Shown: positions 8,292 through 18,138, counted from the stretch's first letter. The stretch: 32,000 nucleotides of DNA from Candidatus Kuenenia stuttgartensis (GCF_900232105.1 NZ_LT934425.1:990001-1022000), one strand, 5' to 3'. The notes: generated by a model not told the origin, from the sequence alone. Made by a program: numbers and translations.

Positions 8292-9596
8292 TTATGCTCT
8301 TTTTACCTTATCAGAATGATTCGTATGATTCTTAATTAAATTTCTCGTATCAACGATAAGCTTTGAATTTTTTAGAATGAAATCAGGGTCGTAATCAGCA
8401 TGCTCTGTTGCGATAACAACCGCATCATATTTAGCAAGCGTCTCGGCATGTAAAGGGACTGAACTATTATTAAAGGAATATTTCCTCATTTTCGGGAGAA
8501 CCGGTATATACGGGTCGTTGTAGTCAACATGGGCGTCTTTCTCCCCAAGAAGCTCCATGATCTTCAGCGAGGGAGATTCACGGGTATCGTCTATATCTTT
8601 TTTATATGAAAGCCCCAGTATTAAAATCTTTGCGCCCTTAATGCTTTTCCCTTTCTCATTAAGCGCCTCAACAGTCTTTTGAACCACATAATAAGGCATG
8701 TTGGTATTTATTTCCCCTGCAAGCTCTATAAACCGGGTGGAAAACTCGTATTCCCGCGCCTTCCAGGTCAAATAAAAGGGATCGATAGGTATGCAATGTC
8801 CACCAAGACCCGGGCCGGGATAAAATGCCTGAAATCCAAAGGGTTTTGTCTTCGCCGCCTCTATGACCTCCCACACATCAATCCCCATCCTGTCAAAAAG
8901 CATCTTCAGTTCGTTCACCATCGCAATATTCACTGATCTATAGATATTCTCAAGTAGTTTTGTGGCCTCCGCAACTCTTGTTGAAGAAACCGGGACGGTC
9001 TTTACCACTACCGAATCATAAAGGGCTTGTGCAACGGTAAGACAATTATTCGTATAACCGCCAACCACTTTCGGGATGGTCCTTGTTGAAAAACCCTTAT
9101 TATTCGGGTCTTCCCGCTCCGGTGAAAACGCCAGATAAAAGTCCTCGCCAGCTTTTAACCCTGACTCCTCAAGCATGGGTCTCATGTCCTCATCCGTAGT
9201 CCCTGGATACGTAGTAGATTCAAGGACAATAAGCTGACCCTTGCGAAGATTTCTGGCAATGGTCTTTGTTGTGTTAAAGACATATGACATATCAGGCTCA
9301 CGGTATTTGTTCAGAGGCGTCGGAACACATATGATGATGCAGTCCATAGCTGACAACATCGAAAAATCCGTGGTGGGAGTGAAACGCGATCCGGCGTCCG
9401 TGATACGTGAACTATCAATATGTTTTATGTAGCTTTTGCCCTGGCTCAATAATGTTACTTTTTCTTGATCAATGTCGAAGCCGGTAACCTGAAACCCAGC
9501 CTTACAGAATTCAATGACCAGCGGCAATCCAACATAGCCGAGGCCGATGATACCAATATGCGACTTCTTTGATTTAATTTTTTCGATTAGTTCCAT
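8292..9596 (-). CDS. Nucleotide sugar dehydrogenase (UDP-GlcNAc/UDP-Glc 6-dehydrogenase type, WbpA/TviB-like)
   Basis: IGIIGLGYVGLPLVIEFCKAGFQVTGFDID, STTYPGTTDEDM, SPEREDPNN, PGPGLGGHCIPIDPFYLTWKAREY, ILILGLSYKKDIDDTRESPSL. Confidence 0.93.
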   Translation of the reverse strand: MELIEKIKSKKSHIGIIGLGYVGLPLVIEFCKAGFQVTGFDIDQEKVTLLSQGKSYIKHIDSSRITDAGSRFTPTTDFSMLSAMDCIIICVPTPLNKYREPDMSYVFNTTKTIARNLRKGQLIVLESTTYPGTTDEDMRPMLEESGLKAGEDFYLAFSPEREDPNNKGFSTRTIPKVVGGYTNNCLTVAQALYDSVVVKTVPVSSTRVAEATKLLENIYRSVNIAMVNELKMLFDRMGIDVWEVIEAAKTKPFGFQAFYPGPGLGGHCIPIDPFYLTWKAREYEFSTRFIELAGEINTNMPYYVVQKTVEALNEKGKSIKGAKILILGLSYKKDIDDTRESPSLKIMELLGEKDAHVDYNDPYIPVLPKMRKYSFNNSSVPLHAETLAKYDAVVIATEHADYDPDFILKNSKLIVDTRNLIKNHTNHSDKVKRA

Positions 9597-9760
9597 AGTT
9601 GTTTTGTTTTAGCCTCGCGATTACAAAAGATATATTTTTAACCCGTGAATTTTGCCACGAAGACACTTAGACACAAAGGGGTTTTGCCACAGATGGAGAC
9701 CCCGTACGATATAACCTTTGGTTCCATACAGGGCGGGCAAGGATAAATACAAATAAAAAA

Positions 9761-10051
9761 TAACATTTTAGCTTTTTGAAAAATTCACAGGATAGAAAAA
9801 ATACCATGTAGCCCCGGCAGGGGCGGTCTGTTTGTAGCACAATAAAATTCAATAGAATAAATAGCTCCGTAGGAGCGGCATGTCCGTATTCAGGCAGACC
9901 TGTTTATATGGATTTACAAAAGACAGATCACTCCTAATTGCAGAGACAGGTTTCAAACCTGTCTCTACGATCTGTTATAATATCCTATTTTACCACAAAC
10001 AGGCTGCTCCTACGGAGCTTATTAGTACATTTTTCAAAAAACTAAAGTGTT
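9761..10051. repeat. MITE-like palindromic element (long-interior type)
   Basis: Ends TAACATTTTAGCTTTTTGAAAAATTC...CATTTTTCAAAAAACTAAAGTGTTA; interior shared with 5643..5890. Confidence 0.7.
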
Positions 10052-10426
10052 ACGATAAAAAATAACTCACAAATCCCAAATAATTTCTCTATGGATCATA
10101 TGCATTCACTTACATACCTGCCAGCAGGCAGGCCGCGCCTGCTGATTTAATTTACAGGGACTTCGTCCCTCTCAGTTACATGAATAACTTCTGTAACCAG
10201 TTAACGAATACAGCATAAACCTGGCAGTCAGAGATCAGAGGTCAGCAGTCGGTAGTCGGCAATTTGCCGGGCGCCGAGTGCTACGGCATCTTAGAAAATT
10301 CCAGGGATCTATGCCATACGCAGCCAAAAAGAGTTTAACCACAAAGGGATTGGCCAGGCCTTTGGCTGAAACCAAATTCGAAATACTAATATCGAAATAC
10401 GAAACAAATTCAAATGACAAAAAACA

Positions 10427-10575
10427 TAACACTTTAGTTTTTTGAAAAATTCCAACAGTAACGATGTTTGCCGCATAGTGTAGGGGCGAAGCATTTGCTG
10501 TAATTGCCATAAATGCGTTCATACTCAAATGAGCAAATGCTTCGCCCCTACTTTTTCAAAAAAGTAGAGTATTAC
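10427..10575. repeat. MITE-like palindromic element (short 'GTAGGGGCGAAGCATTTGC' type)
   Basis: TAACACTTTAGTTTTTTGAAAAATTCC end and nested inverted arms GTAGGGGCGAAGCATTTGCT / GAGCAAATGCTTCGCCCCTAC. Confidence 0.75.
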
Positions 10576-10896
10576 TGGCACATCGTTTCGTTAAAATGTA
10601 TACGTAAAAAAATGTCATTGCGAGGAGTAGAGCGACGAAGCAACCTCTTGTTCCCAAAAAACTTAAGATTGCTTCGCTGTCGCCCGCAATGACGGTATCA
10701 ATGTAGATATTTTAATGAAACGCTATACTAGATTTTCACCGTCATACCTGCCTACAGGCTGTCTTCAGTCGGCGGGCCGCGGTCTGTAATTTGTAATTTG
10801 CGGGAGTATTCCCGATTTTTTGTAAAAATGCCATTAGCAGGGGGGTGTGGAAGAATAGTGACTCAAGCTTCCAGCTTGAGGGTAAAATAACGCAAG

Positions 10897-11005
10897 CAGT
10901 CATCATGTTGCATTAGCAACACTCAGAAACGATGAAAATGGTTTTATAGCCATATCGTGTTGTAGTATCTGTGTTTAAACTATTTTTTGTAGTCTTACTT
11001 CCGAG
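10897..11005 (+). repeat. 109-bp direct repeat, copy 1
   Basis: CAGTCATCATGTTGCATTAGCAACAC...GTTGTAGTATCTGT.TTAAACTATTTTTTGTAGTCTTA, repeated at 11357..11465. Confidence 0.85.
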
Positions 11006-11110
11006 TTGGAAACATCTGGCATTTCTGTTTCTGTACCAGTTCACCTTAGTATATGGCCATCCAAAAGGTATCAGCTTGTCATTACAGTGGGTCTCCGCTT
11101 GTCTCCGCTT

Positions 11111-11309
11111 GTCATTGCGAGGGTCTTTTCCGAAGCAATCAATATACTACGAGATATTTCGTGACATAAGAAACGCCATATCGCGGGAGAAGCAAATTAA
11201 GGGTGGCTCAAGGGCTAAAAAAATAGAATTAGTTAATGGGATGAATGCAGGATGGAAGGATCTCTTTGACGGTTTATGAGGTTGCTTCGGAAAAGACCCT
11301 CGCAATGAC
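11111..11309. repeat. 28-bp perfect inverted repeat pair enclosing a coding fragment
   Basis: GTCATTGCGAGGGTCTTTTCCGAAGCAA at 11111-11138 and its exact reverse complement at 11282-11309. Confidence 0.9.
11146..11279 (+). pseudogene. C-terminal fragment of a small GIY-YIG endonuclease
   Basis: YYEIFRDIRNAISREKQIKGGSRAKKIELVNGMNAGWKDLFDGL*: matches the characteristic AI.REKQIK...K..LI...NP.W.DL C-terminus; the GIY and YIG motifs are absent. Confidence 0.65.
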
Positions 11310-11356
11310 AAGCTGATGCCCTTGTAATGACAAAATAAGTCATCAGCATCAGTCAA

Positions 11357-11465
11357 CAGTCATCATGTTGCATTAGCAACACCCAGGAACTATGAAAATG
11401 GGTTTATAACCATATAGTGTTGTAGTATCTGTACTTAAACTATTTTTTGTAGTCTTATTTTCGAG
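11357..11465 (+). repeat. 109-bp direct repeat, copy 2
   Basis: See copy 1 at 10897..11005. Confidence 0.85.
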
Positions 11466-12207
11466 CCAGGATGCTTGTGGTACAGTGTACAATTAGTTAA
11501 CCAAAAGTCGGGAATGCTCCTGTTCAAACTATGTCCCCCGCTGGCGGGGGTGCAGGGGGTGGACCGGATTTCTCCATCGATTCAACTACCCCTTTATTAT
11601 GAAAACAAATTTGCCCCTCTTTCCCACGCAGACAGACTGGGCAAAATGAACTTTGCTGTCTCAAAAGCGGGAACAACTCCCGGCATTATGCCTGTTTTCA
11701 ACCATATTTAGTACTATTTTCCCATTAAAGTGGGGAATGCCTGTCGTAAAATAGGATAAAATTGCCCATTTGACCAGGCCTGAGAGCTTGGGAATGAGAA
11801 GAAAAACTTATGGCTATTCATGTTATAAACCTCCAGGATTTCCTCCGCAGACAATTCCACCCCCTTAATCCCCCGCCAGCGGGGGACAGGCTTACCACAT
11901 CCCTTGCAGGCTTTCATGCCCTTGTGGGGTTGATACTATGGAGCAAATTAAGGTGCATTCCCGGTTTTTTGTGACTTCTGCCATGTTTTAATGAAACGTA
12001 CAGTAGTATTAACCCCTGGCAGCGTTGTTTTGCCCCAATCACACAAACGGTTACAAAAAATCGGGTATGCTCTTCGCCTCTCTGTTGTGTCAACACTTTA
12101 TTTACGCGTAGCAGTTTACAGACGCATGCAATGCGTCTCTACAAAAATATTGAAATTCCTATACGTAAATTCAGCGCCTAAACCCTGTCCTTACTCCTTA
12201 CTTATAA

Positions 12208-14760
12208 TCATCTATAATAATACGCGCCGGTTTCTGTATAATTCATGATGGTGCCAAGAAGTTTTGTTTTTGTTTCTTTTATAATAGCTGTTGCCTGATC
12301 AACCTCATCAACGGTGACATGCCCTGATTTGGCCACCAGGATCACACCATCTGCCAATGGCAGTAATGGAGTAACACTGCCCGTTGCGTTTAACAAGGGC
12401 GGTGTATCCACAAGCACCACGTCATACCGTTGTTTCAACAGGTTCAGGAATTTTTCAAAAAGCTGAAAATAGGTCCTTCCTTCCGGAAAAATCTCCCCGG
12501 TTCCAAATCGCAGGAGTGAGATATTTGAGCCATTTAACGTTGTCACGTTCGATAATATCTCACGTTCCAATAATCTGCTTCCCCCCAAACGCCCCAAACG
12601 GTTGATCACCGGAGTAAAGTCCTCCTGGAAAAATACCCTTTTATCTTCGTACGTTTCTATACTTCCCGGTTTGAATGAATACGTTCCCTCTTTCCAACTG
12701 AATAGTTTCTGGAGATGTTCTTCTATCTGCAATTTGATAGGACCTTTTAATTGTTCCTGATTTATATAGCCCGCATTGATGAGGATATATCCCAACGGCA
12801 ATTTCGTGCGCTGGTTTCGTTCCATGGCGTCTTTCAACTGGGTCTCATTGATAAAACCCCCTCGCAGGAGCATCGTTCCCAATCTGTTGGTAAATGGAGT
12901 GTCCTCATTGTCAATATGAAAAAGGTTGCCATTTTCAAAGATGGTGGTAATCTTTTGTAATTCGTTGGAAACAGTCAGCTCTCCGCTCAATTTTTTTAAT
13001 GAAATAATGGAAAAAAGATCGTCCACACTGCAATTGCACAAAGAACCATCCTGTATTTGCCATGACCGGATTTTTTCCATTGCATTTGACATTCCGGCAT
13101 TTTCATTATCTTTTAATCCAAACAAATTGCTTAAACTCGTGTTGTACACGTCCGCATCCACCATTATCACGCGTAACCCACCCTTTGCCATACTTACTGC
13201 CAATTTTGTAATAACCGTGGTCTTACCCTCCCCCGGCGTGGCGCTTCCTACCATCATGGCCTGCCCGCTCATTCCTGTCTGCATAAAAGGCAACCGGTTG
13301 ATAATACAATCGGAATTGGTGTGATAATAATAACCGCCTTTCTGATTCTTCTGCCCCGGAGATTTTCCGTTGCCGGATAAAGCCAGCACCCCCTCTTTCT
13401 TTAATGATTTCATATACGGTATCGTGCCGAGAACCGGCATACTCGTACACTGGACAATTTCTTCCTGAGTTTTGACCGTGTTGTCCATATATTCACGGAA
13501 AAATACAAGGCCTGTTCCAAATGTTAAGCCTACCACGACCGATAGAAGGACGTTTAATTTCTTTCTTGGTTTTGATGGAAATAGAGGAGCTTCCGCTTTA
13601 TCAACAACACGGATTGTGTCCTTCTTCATGTTTCCTGTTAAATTAATCTCCTTTGCCTGATTAATCAGGATATCGTAAATCGCCTGATCACTCATTGCCT
13701 CCAGATGTAAAATATCGTAATTTATTGCTCCTCCCGCCTTGACCAAAGACATTTGTTCCTGGATATCCTGCATTTTTGGGTTTGTACTTTCAAAGGCGAT
13801 GATACTGTCCAGTTCTCTCTTAATTGACGAACAGACCTTCTTCACCTCTTCAATGATTTCCTGCTCAAGCCCCTTTATGCTTGCATTTGCTTCTATCATC
13901 CTGGGATGATTTGGCCCGTACTTTTTAGTGTTTGCCAATACCGATTCTTTAAGGCTGCACAGTTGTTTGTAAAGTTCATCAATAACTTTATTTTCTTTTA
14001 TTTCGGGAAACAAGAATATACTTTCATCGTCAAAAGAAAAGGATCGAAGTTTTTCATATTTATATTGAAATGCCGCCTTCTGCGAATCACCTACTTTAAA
14101 CTTCTGCCCTTGAATCTGTGATTTCAGCCAATCGAGCGCCTGCTGTGATGACATACGTTGTATCTGGCTACTCCTCTCTATAAAAGCATGGGCGTGGGCA
14201 TTGGCTACGCGTGCGGATGTTTCCGGGGATTTGTTTGAAAAGCTGATATTTACCAGATGTGTTTCACGAATGGGTTCTATCTGAAGATTTTTTAAATACC
14301 AGTCGATCATTTCAGATGTCACCTCTGCGTCTGACAAAGGCAAGGAACTTTCGGTATCGTTCTCATCGGGAGCTGTCTCTGGTGAACCTGTTTTCTCAGG
14401 CGCATCACGATAAAATACTTCACTGAGTTCGTTCTCCTGAATAACTTGTTTCGCAAGACTCCTGCTGGCAAGTAGTTTGTATTGTGTCTGGTAGTACTCC
14501 TTATCCGTGGCGTCTATCCGCATAACATCAGCCATTTCTTCCATAAAAGACTTTTTGTTATCGATGATAATCTGTGTTGTCGCTTTGTAGACAGGCGTTA
14601 CAGTAAACGACAGATAGGTAACGACGGAAACCACTGCAGTGAAGAAAATTACCAATATCCATATATGTTTTCTTATGATGTTAAGATAATCCGTAAGATG
14701 AACCTCGCGATTAAGCGGTTTCCTACCAAATGTATTGTTAAATTCGTTATTTTGGTTCAA
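12208..14760 (-). CDS. Wzz-type chain-length determinant/BY-kinase (tyrosine autokinase) with an internal DUF4388-like insertion
   Basis: N-terminal Wzz region with two TM segments, Walker A GSATPGEGKTT, Walker A' VIMVDAD, Walker B VVLVDTPP, C-terminal tyrosine cluster YTETGAYYYR. About 160 aa (approx. residues 575-735) are inserted between A' and B. Confidence 0.92.
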   Translation of the reverse strand: MNQNNEFNNTFGRKPLNREVHLTDYLNIIRKHIWILVIFFTAVVSVVTYLSFTVTPVYKATTQIIIDNKKSFMEEMADVMRIDATDKEYYQTQYKLLASRSLAKQVIQENELSEVFYRDAPEKTGSPETAPDENDTESSLPLSDAEVTSEMIDWYLKNLQIEPIRETHLVNISFSNKSPETSARVANAHAHAFIERSSQIQRMSSQQALDWLKSQIQGQKFKVGDSQKAAFQYKYEKLRSFSFDDESIFLFPEIKENKVIDELYKQLCSLKESVLANTKKYGPNHPRMIEANASIKGLEQEIIEEVKKVCSSIKRELDSIIAFESTNPKMQDIQEQMSLVKAGGAINYDILHLEAMSDQAIYDILINQAKEINLTGNMKKDTIRVVDKAEAPLFPSKPRKKLNVLLSVVVGLTFGTGLVFFREYMDNTVKTQEEIVQCTSMPVLGTIPYMKSLKKEGVLALSGNGKSPGQKNQKGGYYYHTNSDCIINRLPFMQTGMSGQAMMVGSATPGEGKTTVITKLAVSMAKGGLRVIMVDADVYNTSLSNLFGLKDNENAGMSNAMEKIRSWQIQDGSLCNCSVDDLFSIISLKKLSGELTVSNELQKITTIFENGNLFHIDNEDTPFTNRLGTMLLRGGFINETQLKDAMERNQRTKLPLGYILINAGYINQEQLKGPIKLQIEEHLQKLFSWKEGTYSFKPGSIETYEDKRVFFQEDFTPVINRLGRLGGSRLLEREILSNVTTLNGSNISLLRFGTGEIFPEGRTYFQLFEKFLNLLKQRYDVVLVDTPPLLNATGSVTPLLPLADGVILVAKSGHVTVDEVDQATAIIKETKTKLLGTIMNYTETGAYYYR

Positions 14761-14813
14761 GGCTTTGCTCTCCTTATAAAAGATACGTATAGTTTCTTAT
14801 CAGTAATTTTTTT

Positions 14814-14952
14814 GGCAACACTTTAGTCTTTTGAAAAAGTAGGGGCGAAGCATTTGCTCGTTTGGGTATGAACGCATTTATGACAATTTACAGCAAATGC
14901 TTCGCCCCTAAACTACGACTATTGGAATTTTTCAAAAAACTAAAGTGTTGCC
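14814..14952. repeat. MITE-like palindromic element (short type), best-preserved copy
   Basis: GGCAACACTTTAGTCTTTTGAAAAAG...GGAATTTTTCAAAAAACTAAAGTGTTGCC; the outer 14 bp are perfectly inverted, with inner arms AGGGGCGAAGCATTTGCT/AGCAAATGCTTCGCCCCT. Confidence 0.85.
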
Positions 14953-15535
14953 TCCTTTGTATTTTTTGGCAAAATATTTAATGGTTAAATCCGAAATACT
15001 AAATACAAATCCCCCCCCTGCACCCTCGCCAGCGGGGGACATTCTCCCCCTTTGTAGGGGGCAAGGGGGAGGATTTTAGAATATGTTTCATATTTTCATG
15101 CTTCGCGCTTGCTTGGTGGGAGCATTCCTGATTTTTTGTAACAGTTTAGATTTTTGGAAAAACAAAAATGCTCGTTCCCAAGCTCCGGCTTGGGAACGTA
15201 ATTGCGTTGGAAGCTCTAGCTTCCATTTAGCCGGCAAGCGAAGCTTCATGTATTATTCGATTCAAAAGAGGTTTCCAAATATCTTGGGTAACATACTGAA
15301 AAGCCTCCAAGCTGACATCCTGGGTTCATTCCCTTTTCCATTCGAAGCTGGAGCTTCTCAAACAATCCCGTTCCCAAGCCGGAGCTTGGGAACGAGCGGT
15401 TTTTTTACCCACCCATTATTCCCCTCTTGGGAAGGGAATAATGAGTGGGTTGACGGCATAATGAAAAACCTTGAAACACTTTAGTCTTTTTCAAAAAACT
15501 AACGTGTTACAAAAATTCACACTTCAAGCCGATTT

Positions 15536-16105
15536 TTAAAAATACCTTACAGGCACTCTGATAATATCGTTTGGCTTTACCAGTGCATCAAGTTTTGCTT
15601 TATACTCCTCTTCTTTTCCATCTTTCGTCCTCACTACGATTACGCGGCGAGGAGATGCTTTTTCCGTTACCCCACCCGCCTGCGCAATTGCCTGGCGGAC
15701 GGTCATACTGTTTTTCCAGTAGTATTCACCGGGGGTTGTTACTTCCCCAACCACATACACTTTTTTACTCCGATACTTTTTTACCCTTATCGTTACTTGC
15801 GGAGAGACAAAATATCCTCCCTCCAATAATTTCTTCTCCATAAGTATTTCCAGATCAAAGACTGACAGGCCGTCGGCATCCACCTTGCCAATTAAGGGAA
15901 AGGTAAAGGCTCCGTTTTGTGATACTTCAACCATTCTGTCCATGTCTTCGTTGTCCCACACACGGATATCAAGGATATCTTCAGGCCCGACCACATATTC
16001 ATTATTTGAAATGTTGTCGGCTGAGAAGGCAAAGGATGTCGTGCACAGTAATCCTATAAAAATGCATATTATTTGTAATGTAGTTTTCGACTGTTTTTTT
16101 CTCAT
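15536..16105 (-). CDS. Polysaccharide biosynthesis/export protein (Wza-like, SLBB domain); ORF track starts at 16147
   Basis: Signal-peptide-like N-terminus after MRKKQSK; YVVGPEDILDIRVWDNEDMDRMVEVSQNGAFTFPLIGKVDADG; KKVYVVGEVTTPGEYYWKNSMTVRQAIAQAGG. Confidence 0.92.
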   Translation of the reverse strand: MRKKQSKTTLQIICIFIGLLCTTSFAFSADNISNNEYVVGPEDILDIRVWDNEDMDRMVEVSQNGAFTFPLIGKVDADGLSVFDLEILMEKKLLEGGYFVSPQVTIRVKKYRSKKVYVVGEVTTPGEYYWKNSMTVRQAIAQAGGVTEKASPRRVIVVRTKDGKEEEYKAKLDALVKPNDIIRVPVRYF

Positions 16106-16311
16106 ATCAGGCTCCTTTCTTTTAAGTAAATAGTTGTTATTAGTCATTATTCATTATTCATTGGTACCTTATCAGTAATTTCTTTGCTTTTTTGGGCAAA
16201 ATATTTAATTGTCCAGTCGGCAGTCGGCAAATTGCAGATTGAGGACTGAGGACTGAGGACTGAGGACTGTTTTCTTTCTTGCTTGTCTGGTTCTGGCTAT
16301 GCCAGCTTATA

Positions 16312-18138
16312 TTATTCAACCGTTACGCTCTTTGCCAGGTTTCTTGGTTTATCCACATTGCACCCTCGCATAACTGCCATGTGGTATGCCAGTAATTGAA
16401 GGGGGATGACAGAAAGCAAAGGGGTTAGTACTGCCGGTGCATCCGGGATATACACTACGTGATCCGCTTTCCCCTGTATCTGCTCGTCGCCTTCTGTCGC
16501 GATAGCAATGACCCTCCCTTTTCTTGACTTTACCTCTTCGATATTGTTGAGTATTTTCCCATATGTGGCGTCCTTTGTAGCAATAACTATTACCGGCATG
16601 TTTTCGTCTATTAACGCAATAGGCCCGTGTTTCATCTCCGCTGCCGGATATCCCTGCGCGTGAATATATGATATCTCCTTCAGCTTTAAAGCGCCTTCAA
16701 GCGCTACGGGATAGTTGAACCCACGCCCCAGATACAACGCATGATTTTTATCTTTGTAGGCATCCGCCATCTCACGGATTTCCTCTTCTCTATCAAGGAT
16801 CTTTTGAATCTTGCCTGGAATGGAATTAATTGCAGTTATCATTTCCGGAACTTTTGGGTCCGTCTTGTGCCTTAACAATAGTATATGGAGGGCAAACAAA
16901 TAGAAGGCGGCTACCTGAGCAGTAAATGCCTTTGTAGAGGCAACTCCGATTTCAGGGCCTATGTGTAGATATATGCCGGCATCGGCCTCTCTGGCAATGC
17001 TACTCCCGACGACATTACAAATAGCAAGTACTTTTGCACCTTTATTTTTTGCCTCCCTCATAGCCGCCAGGGTATCGGCGGTTTCTCCCGACTGGCTTAT
17101 TGCCATTACCAGTGTATCTTTTTCGATTATAGGATTGCGATATCTGAATTCAGAGGCATATTCAACTTCAACCGGTATTCGTGCAAGCTCTTCCAGCATG
17201 TATTCTCCTACCAGACCTGCATGCCATGATGTGCCGCAGGCAATGACCACAATGCGTTTAACTGCAAGAAGGTCTTTTTCACAATGGGAAAGTCCGCCCA
17301 GTTTTATAGGGGCTTTGCCACCATCTACCCTTCCCCTCATAAGATTTTGAAGCGCCTGCGGTTGTTCGTGAATCTCCTTCAGCATAAAGTGTTGGAAACC
17401 GGATTTTTCAATCATATCCATGTTCCAGAGCACTTCTTCGATCTTTTTCAACGACGTGATGTTTTCGATGGTCTTTGTCTCGTAGTTATCAGGGGTGATA
17501 ATCGCAACCTCAAGATCGTCCAGATAGATAACATTTCTCGTATGTTCCAGCGTAGCCGAGACGTCCGACGTGATGAAATATTCATTATCGCCGATTCCAA
17601 TAATCAATGGAGAACCTTTTCTCGCAGCCACTATTTTCCCCGGATCCTTCGTGGATATAACGGCAATGCCGTACGTTCCCTCAATCATCTTGACGGCGCT
17701 CATTACGGCTTCTTCCAGGTTGTTGGTTAGATTTTCTTCAATTAAATGCGCCAGCACTTCTGTATCTGTCTGACTTTTAAATATGTGCCCTCTTTTTTCT
17801 AAATAAGAGGTTAAATAGTCGTAATTTTCAATAATGCCATTGTGCACAACAGCAATTTCACAACGGCAATCCATGTGTGGGTGCGCGTTTTCAACCGTAG
17901 GCGCACCATGGGTTGCCCATCTGGTATGGACAATACCCATATTTGCAATGATAGGATTCGTATTCAGTTTATGTTCAAGTTCGACAACCTCTCCTATGGC
18001 CTTCTCGTATCGCAATGTGCCGTTTTCAATACATGCGATACCGGAAGAATCGTATCCGCGATATTCGAGTCGTTTAATGCCATCCAAAAGCACCTTTCCG
18101 GCTTCTTTGTTTCCAATATATCCTACAATTCCACACAT
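16312..18138 (-). CDS. glmS: Glutamine--fructose-6-phosphate aminotransferase (isomerizing)
   Basis: MCGIVGYIGNKEAGKVLLDGIKRLEYRGYDSSGIA, HTRWATHGAP, two SIS domains, C-terminus NVDKPRNLAKSVTVE. Confidence 0.98.
   Translation of the reverse strand: MCGIVGYIGNKEAGKVLLDGIKRLEYRGYDSSGIACIENGTLRYEKAIGEVVELEHKLNTNPIIANMGIVHTRWATHGAPTVENAHPHMDCRCEIAVVHNGIIENYDYLTSYLEKRGHIFKSQTDTEVLAHLIEENLTNNLEEAVMSAVKMIEGTYGIAVISTKDPGKIVAARKGSPLIIGIGDNEYFITSDVSATLEHTRNVIYLDDLEVAIITPDNYETKTIENITSLKKIEEVLWNMDMIEKSGFQHFMLKEIHEQPQALQNLMRGRVDGGKAPIKLGGLSHCEKDLLAVKRIVVIACGTSWHAGLVGEYMLEELARIPVEVEYASEFRYRNPIIEKDTLVMAISQSGETADTLAAMREAKNKGAKVLAICNVVGSSIAREADAGIYLHIGPEIGVASTKAFTAQVAAFYLFALHILLLRHKTDPKVPEMITAINSIPGKIQKILDREEEIREMADAYKDKNHALYLGRGFNYPVALEGALKLKEISYIHAQGYPAAEMKHGPIALIDENMPVIVIATKDATYGKILNNIEEVKSRKGRVIAIATEGDEQIQGKADHVVYIPDAPAVLTPLLSVIPLQLLAYHMAVMRGCNVDKPRNLAKSVTVE

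Noticed and set aside
12384-14121. ORFs on the plus strand and in other frames over the BY-kinase gene
   Set aside because: The kinase frame has continuous motifs; the others have no motif or start context support.
15083-15484. 133-aa plus-strand ORF
   Set aside because: Lies wholly in hairpin-rich repeat DNA; the protein is repeat-encoded and shows no domain.
16241-16269. CRISPR array
   Set aside because: The repeat is a 7-bp unit with no spacers. No 24-40 bp repeat-spacer periodicity was noticed anywhere in the window, and no cas genes are present.
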